From Octopus vulgaris (Eukaryota), in NCBI GenBank assembly GCA_951406725.2, contig OX597838.1:30938001-31002000 (forward strand): a stretch of 64,000 nucleotides of DNA, read 5' to 3'. Below are positions 12,933 through 25,940 of the stretch, piece after piece. The notes beneath the pieces were generated by a model. It was given only the letters and a program-made list of their open reading frames with translations. It did not search any database and had not been told where the DNA came from. Numbering within the stretch: the stretch's first letter is position 1; the number at the start of each line of letters is the position of its first letter. The position numbers were made by a program, and so were the translations under genes.

Positions 12933-14045
12933 TTCATCACATGACATGGCATCGGTACCATCATCATCATCATCGTCATCATGATTGCCATCTAACTGAT
13001 CATGTAATTGTCAGAAATGAAGACTTTAAAGATGTCACAAGATGTCACAACAAGCAGCGCTGAACGCAGAAACAGACCAACAAACAGCTGGGTCAGGCAA
13101 ATTCTAAAAGCAGCAACAGCCTCTGCTAGAAAAACAACGAAGAAGGCCACCACGATGGCAATAACAGTGAAAACGATGGTGGTGATGATAATAATAATAA
13201 TACTAATACTAATACTAATACTAATAATAATAATAATACTTTCTTTATTGGCTACAAAGGTTGAAAATAATAAACATTTAGGAGAGAGAGCATAGCTGGT
13301 GGATGGATTTGCCTGATAAAATGAGTATTAGTTGAGTACCCACTGAGTACCTAAGGAAGACTAGTACCTATTCTATTGACCCCTGACAAACAAAAAAAAA
13401 AGAATATTGCTAACCCTGTGCCCAAATTTGAAACAGTTATTATTATTATTGTTATTAAGGTGGCGATCTGGCAGAATCATTAGCACGCCTGGCAAAGTGC
13501 TTAGCGGCATTTCATCTGTCACTATGTTCTGAGTTCAAATTACACTGAGGTCAACTTTGCCTTTTGTCCTTTTGAGAGTCAATGAAATAAGTACCAGTTA
13601 TACACTGGAGTCGATGTAATCAACTTAATCCCTTTCCCCAAATTTAAGGCCTTGTGCTGCTTCCAGCAGAAAGGATTATCATCAACACCATCATTATTAT
13701 TATTATTATTATTATCATCATCACCATCATTATTATTGTTATTATTATTATCATTATTATTATGTTTTTGTCCATGAATGTGTTTCATTTGAAAATATGT
13801 TTTGTTTACATTTGAAAGTTTTTCGTTGTTCCACTTTCTGAAAGATTTAGTTTTGTGTCGTTTCAATTTCAATTTATTAGGTTACACAGGAGTGGCTGCA
13901 TGGTAAATAGCTTGCTTACAAACCACGTGGTTTTGGGCTAAGTCCCACTGCATGGCACCATAGGCAAGTGTCTTCTACTATAACCTCGGAGCCGACCATA
14001 GCTTTGTGAGTAGATTTGGTAGACAGAAACTGAAAGAAGCCCATC

Positions 14046-14105
<60 letters not shown>

Positions 14106-14111
14106 ATATAT

Positions 14112-14210
14112 GTGGAGGCACAATGGCCCAGTGGTTAGGGCAGTGGACTCATGGTCGGGGGATCGTGGTTTCAATTCCCAGACCGGACGTTGTGTGTGTT
14201 TAGTGAGCAA
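14112..14210 (+). mobile_element. Family C SINE tRNA head only
   Basis: GTGGAGGCACAATGGCCCAGTGGTTAGGGC...GGTTTCAATTCCC matches the other family C heads. Confidence 0.85.
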
Positions 14211-14377
14211 TAGTGGACAGCAATCACATCTCACAAAGTGACGGGATTGTGGAAGTTACGACTTTCACCTGTCAATTATGCTGCAAACCATGCAGATCTA
14301 TAGTAGGACTGGATAATCATCTGAGAGGTCATGGATGGAATGTCAGATATGCCACTGACAACAAAGATGCTCTGTGA
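14207..14377 (+). pseudogene. C-terminal fragment of an RTE-clade LINE ORF (terminal zinc finger)
   Basis: Open frame ...TFTCQLCCKPCRSIVGLDNHLRGHG...*; FxCx2Cx3CxSx2GLx2Hx3H is the pattern of RTE ORF C-termini; short UTR and TATG tail follow. Confidence 0.75.
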
Positions 14378-15572
14378 AAATGGAGCAGTCACCATGTATG
14401 TGTGTGTGTTAGTGTCTCCTTATTTTGACATTTTGTGATAGTTGTAAACAAGATTCACTGTCATACAGGCAGGGTCGTTTGATACCAATCTTCCATGAAA
14501 ACATGTCTGGTCAACAAGAAACAATTATTACTTTGCCTGAAAGCGAGTGAGGGTTGATGACAGCAAGGGCATCCACCAGGAGAACATTTGCCTTAATGAA
14601 ATCTGTCTGATCCATGCAAGCATGGAAACATAGACAAAAGAACAATGATGATGACATACAAGATAACCTTCACACACACAGACATAAATACATACATACA
14701 TACATACACACACATAAATACATACGTATACGTACACACTCAAACACACACACACACATAAATACATACGTATACGTACACACTCAAACAGACACACACA
14801 CATATATATACATACATATACGTACACACTCAAACACACACACACACACATATATATACATACGTATACGTACACACTCAAACACATACACACACATATA
14901 TATATATAAATATAAAATTTCTAGTTTTACCCGGAGATGCAGGACAGGGAGGGGTGGGGTGGTGAGGGGAGTGATGGACAACATCCCCACTCCCCTGTCC
15001 TTACGCACCCATACCCCGATACCCCATCCCACCCACACATGACAAACACCTGTCAACAGCCTATCACAGCTGACATACCACAAACACATCACACTGAAAA
15101 CTGTGCATGTTTGTGTGTGTGTATGTGTGTGAGGGTTATAGCGTATGTAGTGGTGTGTGTGTGAGGGTGAGGGTGATGGTACATGTAGCCCTGTGTGTGC
15201 GTTGCGGCACGTGATGTAGGGAACAAATATAGTTTGAATGGATAAGAACTTTTTCTGCTTCCTAATCTTGGGGTTTTGAGATCAATCTATTCGTGTGACA
15301 TCTTGGGCAGGTGTCTTTATTTTTTCTACAACAGCTTTGGGTTTTTACCGGCTTACCCTCACCATACCACTGATGTAATCCAAGGGAAAAGCAAAGGGGC
15401 TGATACAGCTTGGCACCTGTGACGTCACAACTCATTTCTACAGTTGAGTGAAATGGAGCAACGTGAAATAAAGCGTCTTGTTCAAGAACACAACACGCAG
15501 CCTGGTCCGGGAATCGAACTCACAACCTCATGATTCTAAGCTCGATGCTCTAACCACTGAGCCATGTGCCTT

Positions 15573-15612
<40 letters not shown>

Positions 15613-15616
15613 TATA

Positions 15617-16016
15617 GGCGCAGGAGTGGCTGTGTGGTAAGTAGCTTGCTTACCAACCACATGGTTCCGGGTTCAGTCCCACTGCGTGGCATCTTGGGCA
15701 AGTGTCTTCTGCTATAGCCTCAGGCCGACCAATGCCTTGTGAGTGGATTTGGTAGACGGAAACTGAAAGAAGCCTGTCGTATATATGTATATATGTATAT
15801 ATATATGTGTGTGTTTGTGTGTCTGTGTTTGTCCCCCTAGCATTGCTTCACAACCGATGCTGGTGTGTTTACGTCCCCGTCACTTAGCGGTTTGGCAAAA
15901 AAAAAAAGACCGATAGAATAAGTACTGGGCTTACAAAGAATAAGTCCCGGGGTCGATTTGCTTGATTAAAGGCGGTGCTCCAGCATGGCCACAGTCAAAT
16001 GACTGAAACAAGTAAA
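15617..16016 (+). mobile_element. tRNA-derived SINE, family A (full length, CORE-SINE-like)
   Basis: A box TGGCTGTGTGG 15627-15637, B box GGTTCAGTCCC 15670-15680; inserted after (TA)n. Confidence 0.92.
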
Positions 16017-16307
16017 TGAGTAAATATATATGTATGTGTGCATGTCCTCTTCTCTTGACATCAATATGGGGGTTGTAAACAAGCATCATTGTCCTACAAG
16101 TGGTGTCGTTCATTTTGAGTGTTCAGTGGAAAACATGCCTGGTCATGTGAACACGGTAAAGTAAACTTTAAAATGATTTATAGCATCATACGTGCATAGA
16201 ACATATAGTATCCTGAATTGGTCATTACGTGGATAATAATAATAAATAACACATCACTGGTTCAATCTCACCTCTTTATAGTTTAATCAATTGTTTGTGT
16301 AATCTGT

Positions 16308-16538
16308 TTCTTTATTGCCCACAAGGGGCTAAACATAGAGGGGACAAACAAGGACAGACAAAGGGATTAAGTCGATTTCATCGACCCCAGTGCGTAACTG
16401 GTACTTAATTTATCGACCCCGAAAGGATGAAAGGCAAAGTTGACCTCGGTGGAATTTGAACTCAGAATGCAACGACAGACTCAATACCGCTAAGCATTTC
16501 GCCCGGTGTGCTAACGTTTCTGCCAGCTCACCGCCTTG
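16308..16538 (-). mobile_element. Family B SINE monomer
   Basis: 18-bp TSD ATTGTTTGTGTAATCTGT at 16290-16307 and 16539-16556. Confidence 0.92.
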
Positions 16539-16563
16539 ATTGTTTGTGTAATCTGTAGGTTAA

Positions 16564-16785
16564 CCCTTTAGTGTTTGCATTATTCTGCCAAAATTAATCC
16601 TTTTTATCCACATTGCCTTGAATTAATCAGGCATTTATCTTGTAGCTATGAGATTTTGATGAGGTAGCTGTTAATTTTTAAGATGATATTGTAGGGCTGG
16701 TGTGAGAGACCAGATCTGGCCAGTTTGAACATAAAACAAGCAGAATACTTTTTGGGCGGATATGGCCGGTTTAAATGCTAAAGGG
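16564..16785. mobile_element. piggyBac-like MITE
   Basis: TTAA on both sides; TIR CCCTTTAG...CTAAAGGG; related fragments near 6060-6500 and 56950-57175. Confidence 0.85.
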
Positions 16786-16860
16786 TTAAACAAATCGATC
16801 AGTCGTTTGTCAAAATTCTTTCATCATCATTCGTTACCTCACCTATGAGCTGCCCTTATA

Positions 16861-17430
16861 TATGAAAGAAGGGGTGCTGAAAAGTTCCTGGTTTTTGGTA
16901 AAATGAAATACAGGAGGGTCGGTTAATTGTGATTTTATTCAACAAGTGGCTGTGTGGTAAGTAGCTTGCTAACCAACCACATGGTCCCGGGTTCAGTCCC
17001 ACTGCGTGGCATCTTGGGCAAGTGTCTTCTGCTATAGCCCCGGGCTGACCAATGCCTTTGTGAGTGGATTTGGTAGACGGAAACTGAAAGAAGCCTGTCG
17101 TATATATGTATATATATGTGTTTGTGTGTCTGTGTTTGTCCCCTTAGCATTGCTTGACAACCAATGCTGGTGTGTTTACGTCCCCGTCACTTAGCCGTTC
17201 GGCAAAAGAGACCGATAGAATAAGTACTGGGCTTACAAAGAATAAGTCCCGGGGTCGATTTGCTCGATTAAAGGCGGTGCTCCAGCATGGCCGCAGTCAA
17301 ATGACTGAAACAAGTAAAAGAGAAAAGAGTAAAAGAGAAATGTTCCCCTCTCAGATTCACACATTCATTGCAGTGGTCCTTCAGTTTTTTTCTAAGCCCT
17401 GTAGAAGAGCTCAGAAGGTTGGAGCTTCGG
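16861..17430 (-). pseudogene. Mariner transposase C-terminal remnant plus TIR-like end, split by a family A SINE
   Basis: Minus strand reads QPSELFYR(frameshift)KLKDHCNECVNLRGEH then VE* across the SINE, like the mariner C-terminus RWxKCxxxxGxYVE*; GAAGGGGTGCTGAAAAGTT is mariner-TIR-like. Confidence 0.75.
16945..17340 (+). mobile_element. Family A SINE
   Basis: Near-complete copy inserted in the mariner remnant. Confidence 0.92.
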
Positions 17431-17526
17431 CTCAAGTGCCATCTATTTTAGCCTCAGGCCAACCAAAGCCTTGTGAGTGGATTTGACAGACGGAAACTGA
17501 AAGAAGCTCTGTGGGGTGTGTGTCTG

Positions 17527-17563
<37 letters not shown>

Positions 17564-17919
17564 GGGGGGAGGTCGGGTTGGGGGAGGGAGAGATAGATAA
17601 ATTGTAATTCAAAGAGACGAGCTTGACAATAAACTTTGTGCACGTTTTGCCTGTCTGTGGAGAACTCAACCTAATACCATATATGTCTGGATGTGCACAT
17701 GTATGTGTGTGAATGTATGTACGCATGTGTTTGTATGTGTGCGGGTGTCTAGTTGTGAGACAGCGTCTGCTCTTTGATGGTTCAACCATTTTCCTCCGTT
17801 CTTCAGGGTTAGGGTTACATTAAGAGTACAACAGCTGTGTACACAGGTGTCTATGTGATAACACAGGTAGTAAGTCTGCAAGCATGTGTGTATATACATG
17901 CACACACACACATATATAT

Positions 17920-17954
<35 letters not shown>

Positions 17955-18061
17955 GATATATGTACACACACAAACACATGTATGAATGTATATGCATATT
18001 TATATGTGTGTGTGCCTGTGTATACTTATGTATATGTGTATGTACACATATACATATATAG

Positions 18062-18288
18062 GGCGGCGAGCTGGCAGAAACGTTAGCACGCCGGGTGAAA
18101 TGCATAACTGTATTTCATTTCCCGTTACGTTCTGGGTTCAAATTCCGCCGAGGTCGACTTTGCTTTTCAACGTTTCGGGGTCGATAAATTAAGTACCAGT
18201 CGCACTGGGGTCGATGTAATCGACTTAATCCCGTTTGTCTGTCCTTCTTTGTCCCCTCTGTGTTTAGCCCCTTGTGGGTAGTAAAGAA

Positions 18289-18291
<3 letters not shown>
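18062..18291 (+). mobile_element. Family B SINE monomer within TA-rich microsatellite
   Basis: Full head to GTAGTAAAGAAATA tail. Confidence 0.92.
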
Positions 18292-18329
<38 letters not shown>

Positions 18330-18342
18330 AAAATATATATAA

Positions 18343-18625
18343 AAATACAAAATGGGGCAAGAACGCAAAACATTCACAATACACAAATAGACGGCACAAA
18401 AAACGGACGGGTCATTCGAAGCCTCTAATCTTCAGTCAGGAACCAGATCATCCTCGCAATTTCGGCTGATTAATCTTGAGATCGCTCCGATCCGGCCAGC
18501 CCCAAGGAAAAATTAAGCTACAAGCATTAGATTTCTTGGAAGAAGGATCAAATGTATACGAAACAAGGACAGAAAAACGGACGATGACACACGAATATAA
18601 ATACAAAAAACAAAAGGTGATACGA
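18343..18625 (-). mobile_element. Interspersed repeat, probable Penelope-like terminal remnant (second copy 30630-30746)
   Basis: Two similar copies in the window, both abutting (TA)n; degenerate stem+GAAA motifs on the minus strand. Confidence 0.5.
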
Positions 18626-18667
18626 ATATATATATATATATACATTATATATATATGTATATGCTAA

Positions 18668-18961
18668 ACCAGGCTATCAGATGTTGCTACACATCGCTGG
18701 TCACAATGCGCTTCGCATTGTCTTAGCCTTCAAATGACGCCACCCCGCTGGCTAAGCGAGCAGGCCAACAGAAGAAAGAGTGAGAGAAAGTTGTGGCGAA
18801 AGAGTACAGCAGGGATCGCCACCACCCCCTGCTGGAGCCTCGTGGAGCTTTTAGGTGTTTTCGCTCGATAAACACTCACAACGCCCCCGGTCTGGGAAGC
18901 GAAACCGCGATCCTACGACCGCGAGTCCGCTGCCCTAACCACTGGGCCATTGCGCCTCCAC
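18668..18961 (-). mobile_element. Family C SINE (tail variant 2)
   Basis: Family C head and body with a different 3' region. Confidence 0.85.
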
Positions 18962-19050
18962 TTATATAAATATATATATATATACCTATATATATATATT
19001 ATATATATATATATGTATTATATATATATGTATATATATATATGTATATA

Positions 19051-19101
<51 letters not shown>

Positions 19102-19116
19102 ATATATATATGTATA

Positions 19117-19192
<76 letters not shown>

Positions 19193-19205
19193 GTATATAT
19201 ATATA

Positions 19206-19285
<80 letters not shown>

Positions 19286-19692
19286 CGTGATGCATAACTC
19301 GCTCTGAGATTTATCATTGTTATATATATATATACCTGTATATATGCTTTCTTACACGCCTACATGCCTGTACTATTGTATAGATATGCGTGTCAAAAGA
19401 CTGAAACAAATAAAATAATGAACAGAATGAATAGATTCACAGGCATCTGTATACACACACACACACACAAATGTTAGGCGTACATGTAGGTGAAGTGTGG
19501 CATACTTATTTCACATAAGGACTATGCCATGCCAACTGAAGTTTCAGAATTGCGTTAAGGGTACTTGTGACTATGGAGTACTCGGCCGTGTGCACTCTAA
19601 CGCAAAAACACCAAGTAGTTCCTTTGATTGAATACCTGAAATAGTCACTGTCGAAGCTGGCAGAGTAGCTCGCTCAGCATACTTTTGTTTAC

Positions 19693-19730
<38 letters not shown>

Positions 19731-19785
19731 AGTTTGTGTGCTTGTTTGTGTGTTTGTCTACGTATGTGATATATGCATGTGAAGA

Positions 19786-19828
<43 letters not shown>

Positions 19829-19880
19829 GGTGCCTCAGCATGGCCACAGCTCGTGCGCTGAAACTAGATAAAATATGAAA

Positions 19881-19922
<42 letters not shown>

Positions 19923-20018
19923 TGTTGTGTCTGGGGAGAGTCATTTTCTTTTTTTGTGCCTTATAATTCAACATACGAACTCACATAAAGAATCTTGCAA
20001 ACCAAATCCAAATACGAA

Positions 20019-20068
<50 letters not shown>

Positions 20069-20172
20069 GTATGTATGTATATATATATATATATACATGC
20101 TTACATGTATATGTATATGTGTGTATATATATATATACATATCTCCTCTCTCTCTCTCTGTATATATGTGTG

Positions 20173-20256
<84 letters not shown>

Positions 20257-20708
20257 TTAATCAATATCAGGGTAGCAAAAAATTCAAGAGAAATTTTTCG
20301 CCACCAGCGGTCCAGTGAGAAAGAAAAAATAGTCAACAGACTATATAATATACATTCAACAATATTTAGCTGCTCTTTCTAGTGGGTCGAATGGCCTATC
20401 AAGGCCATTCCTTAATATTGTTGATATATATATATATACATACATATGTGGGTAAGTTATGGGACTGCAGCATGGTGGATTGTGAAGAGGCAGCAGAAGA
20501 GGTCAACTGAGGTAACGGTGCTTCTTAGAGCAGAAGAATCCTTGAAGGTCAATGGTCAGAACCACGAAGCTTTATCAATGCTATAACTGCAATGTACCCA
20601 TGGGGGTGACATGTATCCATGGGTGCGTAATCAGCTAACGAAAGAGTCATTATGAGTCAAGTTCCTACTCAAACTCATACCAAATAGAATTGGATGGCAA
20701 ACAGAGAG

Positions 20709-20845
20709 ACATGGAATCTGTGCAGACATGGAATCTGCGCAAACATGGAATCTGTGCAGACATGGAATCTGCGCAAAACATGGAATCTGCGCAAACATGG
20801 AATCTGCGCAGACATGGAATCTGTGCAGACATGGAATCTGTGCGG
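20709..20845. repeat. 17-bp minisatellite, 8 copies ACATGGAATCTG(T/C)GCA(G/A)
   Basis: Counted directly; one unit is 18 bp. Confidence 0.95.
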
Positions 20846-21228
20846 TGTGAGCATGAGATACGTATCATTTTAATGAGCAGGTTGTCCGACAAATTGAACA
20901 ACCGAATGCTCAGACATGAACATCGATACAAGAGACCATCACATGGCAGAATGTATATACATTCTGATTGTATGATATATCTATACATGTTTGCTTATCC
21001 ATACATCATGAGTCATTCATTATACATGTCTTTATATATACGTCTACGTCTATGTATCCATGTTTATCTATACATCCATGTGTGTATACATACATACCTA
21101 CATACATATACACACACACACACATATGGCTCTAAGTATATGTGTGCGTGTGTTTGTGCGTATATATATATATAGATAGATATACACATACACACACACA
21201 TAGAGCCATATGCATGTGTGTTTGTGCG

Positions 21229-21260
<32 letters not shown>

Positions 21261-21316
21261 TATACACACACATGCATATACATAGACCCATATGTATGTA
21301 TCTAGTTATCTATCTA

Positions 21317-21362
<46 letters not shown>

Positions 21363-21399
21363 TATATACATATATATAATACACAGACATATAGACACA

Positions 21400-21436
<37 letters not shown>

Positions 21437-21591
21437 GTACAGATGTATGTTCATATGTGTGCGTGTACACACACACATATATATATATGCATATACATCT
21501 GAATATATATATATATATATCTATAAACACACACACATATGTATATTATACACATATATAGAAATGTATATATATGTGTATAATATACATA

Positions 21592-21641
<50 letters not shown>

Positions 21642-21652
21642 GATGAATATGC

Positions 21653-21683
<31 letters not shown>

Positions 21684-22017
21684 CACACACACACACACAC
21701 ACACAATAGGGTACACATCTGATTTAGCATAATAAAGAGAAAAGTACAAAATGAATCTGGGAGACACGGGTGGGGGGGGGAGAAACAGAGAGAGAGAGAG
21801 AGTAATGTAGTCTCAGAAATATATTAATATTAATATTTTTAAGCATGTAGAAATCTGTACTCTTTTGCTGAAGCAACACATCCCCCCCCCCCCACCACCA
21901 CCACACAAACACACAAACACACCCCGAGACACACAGACAAATGTGTCGATGCACTTTAATGCTAAGAGCCGAGATAATAAATGCTGAAAACACAGCTCAA
22001 CCTCTATTATTACATAC

Positions 22018-22213
22018 CGATAGTAAGAGAGAAGTAGCACCACCACCACCACCACCACCACCACCACCACAGCCACCACCACCACCACCACCTACGCTGT
22101 GGTTATTACATTGTCGATAGTAAGAGAGAAGTACCACCACCACCACCACCACCACCACCACAGCCACCACCACCACCATCACCACCACCTACGCTGTGGT
22201 TATTACATTGTCG
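22018..22213. repeat. About 97-bp tandem duplication containing (CAC)n
   Basis: Two copies of cgatagtaagagagaagt...cctacgctgtggttattacattgt. Confidence 0.9.
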
Positions 22214-22430
22214 GTACACTGATATACCACCACCACCACCTCCAACCCCAGCACCACTACTGCCACCGCAACCACAACCACCACCACCATCACTACTGCC
22301 ATCACCATCACTGCTATCTTGGTCTCCTTGAAAACATCAGTAACATGCCATGACCTCCACAACAATAAACTTTACCCCCCCACCCCCCCAAACACCACCA
22401 TCGCCTCCATAACAATAAAAATAATTAAAA

Positions 22431-22481
<51 letters not shown>

Positions 22482-22684
22482 CCTTTCTACTAAAGGCACA
22501 AGGCTTGAAATTCAGTGAAAGGGGACTAGTTGATTACATCGCCCTCCCCCCACTCCCCGTGACCCTGAAAGAATGAAAGGCAAAGTCCACCTAGGGAGAA
22601 TTTGGACCCAGAGCATGAAAATGAATGGAATACCACTGAGCATTTTTCTCAGCATATTAATGATTCTGTCAGCTCACCGCCCTA

Positions 22685-22716
<32 letters not shown>

Positions 22717-22802
22717 TAATAATAATCTTTTCTACTATAGGCACAAAGCCTGAAATTTCGGTGGGGGGAGACAAGTAGGTTACATTGACCCTAATAATAA
22801 TA

Positions 22803-23360
22803 TGCCCTGATGCAGTTCCAGGCAGTGGCTCTCATGGCTTCTGATCTTAACTGATTGGAAGTGTTATCGGATGTACATTGTTTTGTCTTGGTATAAAAGA
22901 TGGGCTACAGCAAATATTCTGCTCAATACCACAGATTTACTTGTCAGTTGTTTGACCTTAACCAGTTGAGCATGTCCCTTAGTGGCTGACGATATGTGCA
23001 TCTCTGATCACGAGCAGAAGTAGTGGGGGAGCATCATAGCCATGTGTTGAGAGGGATTCTTAAGGGTTTGAATAATACACCTTTGGAAACATGGGTGTTT
23101 CGTTCAAGATCCTTAAACAACCCTCATTTAGGAATCTTTTGAGCAGGATGGGCTACTCAACCTGAAGAAAATTCTAACTGGGCCCCACCTGCAAGGTAAT
23201 GCGCTGGTTAGCTTGATATGAGATCACCATGTTGCGCACATATGATGGTGATGCATGTGCCTAGTGCACCCTTATCAGACGGGTAGTCACGATGGGTATA
23301 CTGGGCTTTGTATATTTTACCCCAGTGTCACTTTGATGGCATGCACTGCTCTCTCACTCA
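22803..23360 (+). mobile_element. Family E: non-LTR retroelement 3' region ending in (AAT)n
   Basis: High identity to 40416-40960 and 31997-32323; common 3' end CACTGCTCTCTCACT(C/T)AATAAT, variable 5' ends. Confidence 0.8.
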
Positions 23361-23374
23361 ATAATGATAATAAT

Positions 23375-23748
23375 GTGGAAGCACTCCGTCGGTTATGACG
23401 ATGAGGGTTCCAGTTGATCCGAATCAACTCGTGAAATTAACATGTAAGTGGCTGAGCACTCCACAGACACGTGTACCCTTAACATAGTTCTCGGGGATAT
23501 TCAGCATGACACAGAGAGTGACAAGGCCGGCCCTTTGAAATACAGGTACAACAGAAACAGGAAGTAAGAGTGAGAGAAAGTTGTGGTGAAAGAGTACAGC
23601 AGGGATCACCACCATCCCCTGCCGGAGCCTCGTGGAGCTTTAGGTGTTTTCGCTCAATAAACACTCACAACGCCCGGTCTGGGAATCGAAACTGCGATCC
23701 TATGACCGCGAGTCCGCTGCCCTAACCAATGGGCCATTGCGCCTCCAC
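23375..23748 (-). mobile_element. Family C SINE (tail variant 3)
   Basis: 17-bp TSD TCTCACTCAATAATGAT at 23352-23368 and 23750-23766. Confidence 0.9.
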
Positions 23749-24235
23749 ATCTCACTCAATAATGATTATAATAATAATAATGTTCACTGTAACACAACCA
23801 TCGCCTCTATAATAATATTACTTGCTCTGTCACTATCATTACTTCCACAACATTAATAATGTTTAACCAAACGCTACAAAGCTTTGTCTAATTCAAGCAG
23901 CAAAGAAAAGCTGACATTTAAATGATGATGATGAGGAGGAGGGGGAGGAGGAGGAAGAGGAGGAGGCTGGTTGTGGTGTGTGTGTGTGTGTTTACATTGA
24001 TACGGCTTCAAAACTAAGGAGAACAAAACAGAAGCTGATTGCGTTTCATAACTTAGCGGATCGATAAATAAAGATTGCTAAAATAAGTTACTGGGCTGAT
24101 ATGATCAACTGGGAAAGAACCCTTCAGTGCAAGTGCTCCAGCATGGGCTGCAGTCTAATGACTGAAAGAGACAAGATTTAATTCCACACAATATAAACAA
24201 AATTTCACAATGAAAGCCAACGATGTACATATTCT

Positions 24236-24681
24236 TATTTGTTTATTTGCCCACAAGGGGCCAAACACAGAGGGGACAAACAAGGACAGACATAGGTATT
24301 AAGTCGATTACATTGACCCCAGTGAGTAACTGGCACTTAATTTATCGACCCCGAAAGGATGAAAAGTAATGTCAACCTTGGCGGAATTTGAACTCAGAAC
24401 ATAAAGACAGGCGAAATACCTGTTTCTTTACTGTCCACAAGGGGCTAAACACAGAGGGGACAAACAAGGACAGACATAGGTATTAAGTCGATTACATTGA
24501 CCCCAGTGAGTAACTGGCACTTAATTTATCAGCCCCGAAAGGATGAAAGGCAAAGTTGACCTCAGCGGAATTTGAACTCAGGACGTAACGGCAGACGAAA
24601 TACCGCTAGGCAGTTCGCCTGGCCGAAATACCGCTAAGCATTTCGCCCGGTGTGCTAACGATTCTGCCATCTCGCCGCCTT
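24236..24681 (-). mobile_element. Family B SINE dimer
   Basis: Two units inside a single 17-bp TSD AACGATGTACATATTCT (24219-24235, 24682-24698). Confidence 0.92.
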
Positions 24682-24895
24682 AACGATGTACATATTCTCT
24701 CTGGTTAAACCTTGTAACAGCTAAACCACCCTCGAATCACTGCCTCCAATCTTAAAACTTGGACAAATTAGGACAGAAGTCCTCAACAGTTTTTTTCACC
24801 CATGGACCCTTTGATTATTATTTAACTCTGGTGGACCCCCAACCCCATAGCCATTTGATGTCTAAAATCTAGGTTTATAGATATTTCTTTCAAAA

Positions 24896-25051
24896 GCCTG
24901 GCTGCGGGGGGTATTTGTCTCCCCTTCGTAAATATATAAGGACACAGGGAAAAAAATGTGTCAAAGCCATCAGGAGGCGTCAATGCTTCCTAGGGCTAAA
25001 CAGCGGTGGTGTAATCCCCTACTGTCACGTTAAATTGACAGTATACAACCA
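24896..25051. mobile_element. 156-bp structured insertion in a hAT-like MITE fragment
   Basis: 11-bp TSD TTCTTTCAAAA (24885-24895, 25052-25062); four local hairpins. Confidence 0.7.
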
Positions 25052-25695
25052 TTCTTTCAAAATTCCTATTTTCCTTTCCTTTAAATTAACTTGTGATTGT
25101 CAAACTATGTAAAATGTTTAATAAAAAAATTTCCCTTTTTCTTGCAATAAAAACCTCATCATCATCGTTTGACATCCGCTTTCCCTGCTGGCATGGGTTG
25201 GATGGTTTGACATGGTGCTGTCCAGCCAGACTCCAGCTGTCTGCTGAGGCATGGTTTCTACGGCTGGATGCCCTTCCTCGTGCCAACCACTTAACAGAGT
25301 GTATTGGGTGTTTTTTAAGTGCCTTGGGCATGGGTGGATTTACACAGCTCCAGCATGGGTGCATTTATGCAGCACGGGCACAGGTGTTTTTAACGAGCAC
25401 TGTTACAGGTGTACAGTATTGGCATGTGTGTGTGTGTATATCTATTTAGCTATCTATATATACGTACATATATACATACACTCACACACACACACATATC
25501 TTAGATTCATTCAATCTCGTTCTTTTATTCACATAGTCACAAGATCATAGCACCAGCTACCCGCTGAGCTATTGTGCACTCTCAGAAATTAAATATAAAT
25601 ACCTTCACTGAGCTAAGCCAAAACTTCATACATTCAAGCACACCTACAATACATGCATATATACAAATACATACATACATATTCATACATATATT

Positions 25696-25729
<34 letters not shown>

Positions 25730-25908
25730 TATATATATACACACATACATATATATATATATACACACACATACACACATACATACACATATATATATAT
25801 ATATATACACACATACATATATATATATATACACACACATACACACATACATATATATATATATATATACACACATACATATATATATATACACACACAT
25901 ATATATAT

Positions 25909-25940
<32 letters not shown>

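Noticed and set aside
14261-14335. Host C2H2 zinc-finger gene
   Set aside because: Single finger without TGEKP linkers, RTE-type residues, immediately followed by stop and repeat tail
20709-20845. CRISPR-like array or coding repeat (ORF 20690-21175)
   Set aside because: No spacers, eukaryotic context, 17-bp unit shifts frame each copy
24896-25051. HDV-like or twister ribozyme in the structured insert
   Set aside because: GGCTAA is present but P1/P3/L3 topology could not be fitted; no twister core found by eye
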